DNA from: Andalucia godoyi And28
Taxonomy: Eukaryota > Protista > Jakobida
Reading direction: 5' to 3'
NCBI GenBank assembly: GCA_009859145.1
Contig: VRVR01000033.1
Coordinates: forward strand, 235,966-299,965
DNA: 64,000 bases
Positions 31,925 to 41,400 of this stretch are shown here, in pieces; within the stretch, counting starts at the first letter, position 1, and each line of letters opens with the position of its first letter. The notes beneath the pieces are model-generated. The model was not told the origin of the DNA and did no database searches. It saw only the letters and a program-made list of their open reading frames with translations. The position numbers were made by a program, and so were the translations under genes.

Positions 31925-34564
31925 ATGAGGTGTTCCTTGGGGCTTTGCATTTTTGCTGTTTTTGCACTCTCATTCGCACTCGCGACGTCTGCGCGACCTT
32001 CGCGAATATCGCAGTCTGCGACGGACTCCTCGTCTTCGGAGCCGGTTTCGTTGCCGTCCGCTCCCTCTCGCGTTGTGTCATCCCTGTTCCTTGCACACAC
32101 TCTGGATGGATACTTGCATGGAATTGATGCGTTTGCGGGAACCGTCCTTTGGTCCACGTCGCTTGGGTCGTCGATAGTTGGCTTTCACTATCACGAGGAG
32201 TTTATCAACGATGCAAACGACGTCGTGGTCCCGTCAACGGACGGCAATCTCTTCGTGTATGACAACCACGGCACGCTGCGGCGGTCAGCCGTCTCTGTGG
32301 AAGACGCAGTTTCACGATCCCCGTTCCTGAACAATGATGGCACTTTGTTTCTGGGTTCCAAGAACTCGTCCATTGCGTTTGTCGACGCGTCAACGGGAGA
32401 CATTTCCTATGGTCCTTCGAAGGGGTTTATTCCAGTTGGCCACGCTTCGTATACAATCAAGGGATTGGATGCCGACTCGAAGCGAGAAAAATTCCATTTA
32501 ACGTATTCGAAGCTCTCCACAGTCGCGTCATGTCCGCTCCCCTTTGAATCCAGCTGGTTTTTCCAGAGCTTTCATTCCAAAGCGTTAGGCGGCGGTGGCG
32601 GTGGCGGTGGTGCCGGACAAGTTCCGGCTGCACTGGCGACACTCAGCGGAAGACTTCGATTTTACTTGCATGTCGGGGATGGACGAAAGCCACTGCCGGA
32701 TGTGCACCTGCATTCTCCCGTTGTGTCTCTGTTTCATGTGGACTCGACTGCAGCAGAAGACGTTGCACTGGTTCCGGTTTCACTCTCAACCCTCGCTTCC
32801 GTACCACAAGACGTTCTTGAGCAAGTTTCGCAGTTCGTGACAGCAGGCCAATCTACCCTTGTTTTGGTCAATGAAATTGATGGAACAAGAGTCGCTTTCG
32901 AGCGCCCCATGGCGTTGCCGTTCGGTGCAACAGACTCCGCCTTGTCCATTGTCTCTTCCAGCTTTCCAGGTTTGGCAACCTTTGAGTATCCGTCTTCCGC
33001 AGAAATCCATGCCGTGGAACTGCCAGCACCGAAACGTGGTGTAGCTGCGGAGACGGTTCTGAACGACTCGGCGAGGACCGCGCTGCCGTATGGTGAGATG
33101 GAGGAATCGCGTGCTGCATTTCCGAGGGAGTGGATCCTTGTGACGTGGTTCCTCCTCTTGATCGTCTCGTTGATTGCAGTGGTTATTCTTATGAGCAGAA
33201 GACGAGTGAAACGGTCTCATAAGATGATGGAGTCGACGCTTGTGACCAAGCATGAGGCTTCTGTCGCAACGGAGTTCGCCGATGCGGTGGCCGAGAAGGA
33301 GAAGTCGCCAAGTCTGGACCCCTCGAATGGATCAAGAATATGGCTGGAAGACGGCGCCGTTCAGGTTGGCAGGCTGCGTGTCTCCTCAAAGGTTCTGGGG
33401 CTTGGAAGCCACGGGACAATTGTTTTCGAAGGGTTTTGGGAAGGTCGCACAGTGGCAGTGAAGAGACTCTTGAAAATGTTTTTCCACACTGCAGATCGCG
33501 AAATCAGCGCCCTTATTTCTGCGGATGATCACCCGAATGTCATCCGTTATTACGCTCGAGAAGAAGACCACGAGTTTGTCTACCTTGCCGTGGAGAAATG
33601 CTCCCAGTCCCTTGTTGATTTCGTTTCCTCCACCAGTAAGAGTGACCTGTTGTCTCGTCCTCGACTCCGTGCGCATCTGCAGATGATTGCAGTGGACATT
33701 GTGCGTGGCGTTGCACATCTTCACTCTTTGAATATTGTTCATCGAGATCTGAAGCCGCACAACGTTCTGCTGGATGCCTCCGGCAGAGCAAAGATATCCG
33801 ACATGGGTCTTGCAAAGAAGCTCGACGGAAATCAGCTCAGCTTTGTGTCCGCGTCCACGCACGCCGTTGGCACCCAAGGTTGGCAAGCACCAGAAGTTCT
33901 GAAATCCGAGAAGCAGACGGTCGCAGTCGATCTCTTCTCTCTAGGGTGCTTGGTGTACTATGTGCTGAGCGGAGGAGATCATCCTTTTGGATCGGAGCGT
34001 ACGGACCGGGACCACAATATCCTGAATAACCACTTGCAGCTGCCTCCTCCGCAGTCGAGCCGCTTCTGCGACCCGTTTCTGCGAGACCTTGTCACTCGAT
34101 TGTGCGATCCAGTATATTCCAACCGGCCGTCGCTGGTGACGGTCAAGGCGCATCCTGTGTTTTGGGACACTGAACAGCGGATGCAATTTTTATCCGACGT
34201 TTCCGATCAGATTGCAAAGGAGCGCGAGGCCAATCCTATATACAGTATTCTTGAATCGTTTGCTGCCGAAATTTTTCGTGGGTCTCGTACGTGGGACATC
34301 TATCTCGACGAATCCGTTCGCACTGCAGCGTTTTCATTTAAGCGCTACGACGCCACTCTGGTCCGTGAGCTGCTCCGTGTCATTCGTAATATGAAGGCTC
34401 ATTATCGCGAGTATCCAGACCGAGTGCAACGGATCCTGCACGCGCCGTCAGGGATTCTCGACTACTTTGTCGAGGAGCGCCGCTTCCCGTCTTTGCTGTG
34501 GCGCGTGTGGAAACTTGCAGAGATTTACTTCAAGGATCGAGAAGCCATCAAACGGTACTACTGA
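31925..34564 (+). CDS. IRE1: IRE1 kinase/endoribonuclease (UPR sensor)
   Basis: Signal peptide, luminal TLDGYLHGID..W domain, TM helix, kinase LGLGSHGTIVFEG / VAVKRLL / HRDLKPHN / ISDMGLAKKL, KEN domain LLRVIRNMKAHY. Confidence 0.95.
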   Translation: MRCSLGLCIFAVFALSFALATSARPSRISQSATDSSSSEPVSLPSAPSRVVSSLFLAHTLDGYLHGIDAFAGTVLWSTSLGSSIVGFHYHEEFINDANDVVVPSTDGNLFVYDNHGTLRRSAVSVEDAVSRSPFLNNDGTLFLGSKNSSIAFVDASTGDISYGPSKGFIPVGHASYTIKGLDADSKREKFHLTYSKLSTVASCPLPFESSWFFQSFHSKALGGGGGGGGAGQVPAALATLSGRLRFYLHVGDGRKPLPDVHLHSPVVSLFHVDSTAAEDVALVPVSLSTLASVPQDVLEQVSQFVTAGQSTLVLVNEIDGTRVAFERPMALPFGATDSALSIVSSSFPGLATFEYPSSAEIHAVELPAPKRGVAAETVLNDSARTALPYGEMEESRAAFPREWILVTWFLLLIVSLIAVVILMSRRRVKRSHKMMESTLVTKHEASVATEFADAVAEKEKSPSLDPSNGSRIWLEDGAVQVGRLRVSSKVLGLGSHGTIVFEGFWEGRTVAVKRLLKMFFHTADREISALISADDHPNVIRYYAREEDHEFVYLAVEKCSQSLVDFVSSTSKSDLLSRPRLRAHLQMIAVDIVRGVAHLHSLNIVHRDLKPHNVLLDASGRAKISDMGLAKKLDGNQLSFVSASTHAVGTQGWQAPEVLKSEKQTVAVDLFSLGCLVYYVLSGGDHPFGSERTDRDHNILNNHLQLPPPQSSRFCDPFLRDLVTRLCDPVYSNRPSLVTVKAHPVFWDTEQRMQFLSDVSDQIAKEREANPIYSILESFAAEIFRGSRTWDIYLDESVRTAAFSFKRYDATLVRELLRVIRNMKAHYREYPDRVQRILHAPSGILDYFVEERRFPSLLWRVWKLAEIYFKDREAIKRYY

Positions 34565-34677
34565 TTTTCCAGTGTGATTTCTCCAATTTTTTATTTGGCT
34601 CGTGAAAACCCGATTTACTATTTATTGTTTAGCGATTTCTAACAAGGCTGATTCCTGATGCGATGGGGCCACGGAGA

Positions 34678-35058
34678 TCATTGGATCTGTTGCATCAGCT
34701 GCATTTGTTGGGCCGCTTGTTCCTGCGCATCATTACAATGAAATTTTTGTAAATATCATCATCAAAAAGTGAAAACAACAACAAACTGTGTCAGCAGAAT
34801 CGCTCTTTTTCGATCAATCACGCAGCGAAAAACAAGGATAACCATAATATACAAAAGAAGGGCACACAGAGAAGAAAGGCGGCATACCTGGACCATTTTA
34901 GCAAGCTCTTCAGCGGGCGGAGGAAGAAAGAAGTCGCCGTAGTTCTTGATGACGACAATCGCTCCAACAACAATTCCGATGTTTCTCAGGAAACGCAGCG
35001 TCTTGGATCGCTTCTCAGGAATTGCAAACTCGGACTTGATAGCGTCAATAATCGTCAT
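34678..35058 (-). CDS. 71-aa single-TM protein resembling plant TOM5, two exons (35058-34888, 34722-34678)
   Basis: GTATGC donor and GCAG acceptor, phase 0. FLRNIGIVVGAIVVIKNYGDFF resembles plant TOM5 LLRALGMFAGGVVLMRSYGDLM. Gln-rich tail. Confidence 0.6.
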
Positions 35059-35482
35059 TTTTATTAATCTCCTGCTCGGCTAGCCGCGGCTCAACAAGAT
35101 GACGGAGAGAGAATAAGACGAAAACGTCAATGCCAGCGAAGAAGTTTTTGCTTTTCGATTCAGAAACTTTTTTAGATATGCAGTTCGCTCTCTGGCATCA
35201 AGGCACGCTGCATCAAATCCTCAGTTTCGGAACCCGAAGAACGAATGCTCTGGCTTCTGACCATTCCCCCCCGCTTCAAAACGACTTGGGAGGGGTTCTT
35301 CCTCTGTTGTTATTTTATTTTTTAATGGTGTTACTTACTAATTTTATTATCATTTTATAATTATAGTTATCATTTCATATTTACATTTGTAGCTGTTATT
35401 TTTTTGCGTGTACTACCGCTTCAATTTTTCCAATAGTGTTTTTCTCCCGTTTTCCCTTTCTTCTCTCTCCATCGAAAGACAA

Positions 35483-38400
35483 ATGTCAGGAAGGCCGGCG
35501 TCTGCGGTTTCGTCGCGGTCGGATGCTCCGATCGTCCCGTCTGCGGACGTATCGTTTGGCGAGCCTTCGCGATCCATGTTTGCTCTGGGTTCGGTGTTTC
35601 TCGACGAGACGTCGCACATCAATTTCGTTCCTGGAGAGCCTCTCAAGCCCCACATCACCAAGCTTGTGAATTGCATCTATGATGGAGACCTCGCGTCGCA
35701 GCGAGATTCGCTGTTTCTGATTGGTAAGGCCATTTCGCAGCCGTCTGCTGCGGAGAATGCAGATGTTGTCAATGTTCTAAAATCCATGGGGATTTGCGAG
35801 CCTGTTCTGCAGTGTCTAGAGAGCGATGCATCGTCGGATCTGCGAAGAGCCTCCCTGCGTCTGCTTTGCAATCTGTCCTCGGCTGATGACTCCGTCTCTG
35901 TGGAGATTCGACAGTTGGGCGGGTTGTCGCGCGTGTTGGACTGTCTGGTCCCGGATCCCGAACTCGAATCGTTGGAGACAGTAAGAGCGGCTTTAAGAAC
36001 AATCTGCAACCTGTCGATTAATGATCAAAACAAGGTCGAGATCCGGCTGCTTGGAGGACTGCCGAAGCTGGTGTCAGCACTCGAGCTGGAAGACTCGCGG
36101 ACGAAGCTGGATGCTCTTCGCGCTGTATGCAATCTTTCGATTGATCCGTCGAATCGTGTAGCTCTCGGGATTCTTGGAGTCTGTCCATTCGTGATCAACG
36201 CGCTGCAAGAACACATTGATGACGAAGAATGTACCCGCTATTCTCTTGCTGCTCTGATCAACCTGTCTTCTGATTCCGTTAATGCCTCGCAGTTCATCCC
36301 TGCGGTTCCAGTCCTGGCCGACATCTTGCTCAACCCACGGTCGAATGGCATCCTCTTGTTTGCGACTCGAGCGCTGTGCACGCTTGCGTATGCTCTTCCG
36401 CTGGATGCTTCTGTGGTGGATGCTTCTGGGCATGTAATGGATTCCTGCGCTCTCTTTGAACCATGCTATGTCCCATTGCTGGGGCTGTCGAAACCAAGGG
36501 AGTCCACTGCGGATGACATTGCTTGCTACGCACTTACCACTGTGACCGCCCTGGTTCGCAATCCTGCGATTGCACATCGCCTCTGGAATGCCTTTGGGCT
36601 GCCGGACATTATTCTCTCGCAGCTTGGGTCCAAGAACACAGAGATTCGAAGATACGCGATTTCATTGACAACGGCCGTGTCTTGCTTGTATTCCGAATTC
36701 CTTTCAGACTTGGATTGCAGAGATTCAAAAATGCTGGCCGTGATGGCAAAGAATGTGCTCTCCAGAGACAGCAAGACCAAAAGAGCCGTTTTGCAATGCC
36801 TGCGTGCGTTTGCTGTATCCGTCGATAAGGTCAGGGTGTGCAGAGTGCTGAATGATTTGGGGGCATTTCGTGTTTTGGTGGATATCGCAGGCTCCGAGGC
36901 TCGACTGCCCGTTTCAGAGGAGACGCATGACGGTTTTGTTCCATCCTTACAAGATACATGGTCGTACTTAATTCCCGTAGCGTCTTTGCAGCTTTTAGCA
37001 ATTGCGTATGACTCGGAAAGCGTGTCGGCGTCGTCTCTGCCTCCAGCGATTCTTTCTCTCGTGGAGCAGCCGGATCAGATTGCCGCTATTGTTGCCAGGG
37101 AAACCGAAAGAGTCAATGATTTTGTTCTTCAGAAGCGTGGCCAACTGGAGGATATGCGGAAGAGTGTTCGGCAGTCGGCCCCCTTGGGTGTTGCAACGCC
37201 GGGGCAATCCAAAAAGGCTACGTATGCCGAACTGGAAGCCGAAAATTACCGGCTGCGTACCCAGCTGTCTGAATGCTCCGCAGCCGGCACTACCCGTGTC
37301 GACGATCTCGATATGACGCCACAGGAACTACGGGAATATGTGAGTGAGCTCGAATTGCGGAATCGCGCGCTGATTCGTCAAGCAGAGAGCTGGGCGGCCT
37401 TCAAGTCGGAACTGGAGAGTGCGCGATCACGTTCATTAACTGATCATCCCGATTCGAGGAACAGCGAAATCTCAATGTTGCAGAGCCAAATCAAACAGTT
37501 GGAAACAGATCTCGAGGATTCTGCCAGCAAGGAGCATTATGCAAATCAGAGAGTGGACGTTTTGGAGCGGGAGCTTGCGCAGGTCGTCGCAAGTCATGCT
37601 TCCAGTAATACGGTCGATGGGTCGCGTCATTTATCGAGCGAATCGTCTTCGCAGACTGCTGCACTTTCAGCAAGTTCTAATGGATATCCGTCGACGGAGG
37701 TGCTTAAACTGGAAGCGGAGAATGCAGACCTGGCACGGAGGATCGTGGAGTACGACGAACGGGTGCTCCTTCTTGAGAGTGAAATCGAGCGACACCGGTC
37801 TGTAGTGTCGAATGAAATTGTTCCAGGAGAGGCTCCCAGATCAGATGTCACTGACACGCCCGCATCTGCTGCGTCGTCTCATATGTTGGTGAGTTCCCAA
37901 TCGTCACAGGACGCGGAGGCCGAAATTCGACGCCTGCGTTTGGAACTCGATCGTGTTCGATCTATGCGTTCTGCGGAGTCTGTGGCCGCACACGAGAAAA
38001 TTTCGACTCTCGAACGCGAATTGTCACTCGCATTTGCACAGCCCGGACCAGCTGCTGTGGCGCCGGCTTCCGAGCCCTTGAAGCCGAATGTGTCGCATTC
38101 GAGTGCGCAGACACCATCGACACAGGCGCATGAACGTACCCTCGTTAGAGATCACTCCGAAACACTGGTCGACGCACATGCTCGTATCCAGTCGCTGGAG
38201 ACGGAGCTGCAGTCACAATCGCTTTTCTACGACAGTCAGAGGCTGAAAATGGAGAATACAATTACAACTTTGCAGGCCGAATTGCAGTTGGCACAGGCTC
38301 CTGAACAGGCTGTTTCGTCGGAGCCTCCATTGGCTGCGGTAGTTCCATTGCCTCAATCAGGTCACTCTTTCGAGGATACAGTCCGATCTCTTGAGAAAGA

Positions 38401-41400
38401 GCTTAGTCTGCAGATGGAAGCGTTTCTTGCGGAAAAGCGCGCATGGAAAGAGGAAGAGAAGGGTTTCGAAAGTCAAATTGAAGAACTGCAAGGACGTCTT
38501 TTTGCACTCGAAAGCCGGTGGCGAGGAGAGTTCCTCCAGGAGCACGAGAAAGTCGGGGAATTCGGGTCCACAGTTCTCGGATTGAGAGAAGAGCTCAAAG
38601 CGGCGGGGGATAAGATCTCTTCCTTGGAATTTGAGATTTCTCGTCTGACGGCGCATTTTTCAGAATTGCTGGCGTCGAAAGATGCAGAAATCGCAGCAAT
38701 TTCCAAGGAGACTAGTGCAGTTGCAGCTGCAGCTGCCGTTGCACCCGTTGTGCAGAGAGTGGTCGCTCAACAAGCAGATCAACGGAAGAGTGTGGATCTT
38801 CGAGAGGCCGAGCGGAAAATCGAGGAATTGCGTTCCGAACTGGAGGCATATCAACATGCAGATGACGCCACTCGGCGATCTCTGCTGATCTCAATGAAGG
38901 GAAAGGAAGACTTTGTATCTGCAATTGCGCCGATTGTGGAAGATATTCGATCATTTTTATGCATGCACGAGGAAGAGCCTGTGCAGTTCGTTCTTGTGTC
39001 AGCGAGATCCTCTCTTGCTTCTCAGCGAGAAATGATTGGTGACCTCAAACGGGAATTGGAATCTGTCGTTTTGCAGAGAAATGCAATCGAGGAGAAAGTT
39101 CTTTTGTTGGAACGGGAGCTGAAGAACCAGATTCGTTTCACCGATGACAACAGCAATTCTTTGAAGGCGCGCATCGAGGATCTTGAGCAGCAGTACAAGG
39201 CCGCGACTGCGGATGCGCGCTCTGTGGTGCTTAGGGAGATGCAATCCCAATTAGATGACCTGGAGTCGGATCGCCATTCCTTGGAATTGAGAAAGGAGGA
39301 AATCGTGGGCGATCTTAAACGGAGCAATGCAGAGCGAGAGCGGTTGGCACAACTTCTCAACTCGGAGCGGGATCTCCGCCAAGCCGCAGAAGAAAGAGTT
39401 CAGTTGTTGGATCGCGAATGGGGCCTGCAGCGCGAGACGTACGAAAAGCAGCTGCGAGCCCAGCACTCTAAACAAACCAACCATGTCGAGGGGAGAATGC
39501 ATCATGCGCAGCCTGCGCAGCCTGCGCTAACTGTGCAGCATGCGCAAGTGCAGACGGAGATGGATGATAGTGCGATACGCGAGTCGGCATATGTGGACCG
39601 GATTAAGATGCTTCAGGACGAACTTGACAAGCAATCATCTCACTTTTCTCGCAGCCACCATGATCATGTTCGTGAATTGCAAGCACAAATCGCTTCTCTG
39701 CAAGCATCTGTACCCGCTGTGCCTACGCCGGAATCCGAAACTGTGGTTAAAGAAGATGGGTCTTCTCCGTCTTCTTCCGCATCTTCCCGTGAGGAATTGG
39801 TGGATGCACGACGACTGACAGAGAAACTGAAGCTTGATGTTTCTGTGTTTCTTGCCAGCTCAGTGGATGATCTTGCCGTGCGGAAGAATGTGCGCTCTTT
39901 GATGGAAGGAGTGTCGAAAGATCCGAGCATCACTGGTGTGTGCAGGTCTTGTGGAGTTCCGCGCATTTTGTTCGATTTACTGTCATTGAAAGATGGCCGC
40001 TTGTCTGCCGAGTCTCGCAGGTTTTTATGCCAGTTGATGTCTTCTCTCATGGCAAAGGAAGCGAATCGCGATGCAACACTCGCGTCTGTCATGGATATTG
40101 TCTCGGTTGCGCCTTCCTTGACGACTCCCACGTCTTGTGTTCTAGCATCCGTTTCGGCTTCCAGTTTGTTCTTGCACGTTCTGCATGTGCTTCTGGATCT
40201 GATTTCATCCGCAGATTTGTCACTGGTGTCCCATGGATTGTCGGTATTCCGCATGCTGGTCTCCCATGAAGACAGTGCCAAGCGATTGCTGGAACTGCCG
40301 GTGGAACGGGAGAAGTGCTTCCGCCGCCTTGTGGATCTGGTTTCAAACCCGCTTGATGACATTACCCGCCGAAATGCGGTGAGATCCATCAAATCCTTGG
40401 CGTCATCTGCTTGGTCGTCGGAGCAAAAGACACTGCTGCGAAACGGGGATTTGATTGCTGCTCTCTTGCAATGCATCCGAACGACGAATGCAAAGTCAGA
40501 GATGGCCGAGGACCTTGTCCGCCAGTCCATGCGAGCACTCATGATTATGTGTGTTATTCCAGAAGTCAGAGTCGAAATTCGAATGCAGAATGGGATTTCT
40601 CCCATTGTTGCGTTGCTGGATGCGAGGACATCATCCCCAGAAACCAGGAAAGCAGCTGCGGGAGCCTTGATCAATTTGTCTGTCAATGGCAAAAACAAGG
40701 AAGAGATCCGCGCTTGCCACGGAGTTCCGTTGCTGATTAAGCTGACTCAACGAATCGGATTGTCCTCTGTTCAGATACTCGACAAGGAGGAAAAGCTGGA
40801 TGCAGAGGGCCGGTCGACGTTTTCCTTTGGTCTTGAGGGACCAGAGGATCACGCCGAGGAAGACCAGGAGACGAGACGTTTTTCAATTCGAACGATCTCG
40901 AATCTGGTGTTGAATGATGCTGCTTGCGAGGAAGCAGTAGATCGCGGTCTGATACCTGCTCTCGCGCGGAACATAGCGCTAGGGGACGGCATATCGACGC
41001 GGTTTGCGTTAAGGAGTCTTGTGCACATTGCGAGTTCGGACCGGGTAGCAGGACGACTCGTGGAGGTCTTTTCTAGTTCTCGACCATTGCTGCGTTTTGT
41101 TGTTGCAACTGTTGGTCACAAGGATCTTGAAGTGGCCACCGAGTGTGTTCGTTTGCTCCACCGTCTTATGCTTCGTGAGAACATGTCCAAGTTTGGTCGA
41201 TTGCTTTCTATGACGTGTGTCCACATGGGGGTGCCCTCCCGATTCTGTAAGCTGCTGTCATTTCCGTTCGGTTCTCCTGAAAGATGCGCAATTCGGTGTG
41301 TCATTCCCGACATGCTGGAACTGTGCCTGGAAATGGCAGTACTCTCGGAGGAGTCCCGTGCCCAGTTTGTGAAACATGGACTCATCAAGTTCCTTGTTGA

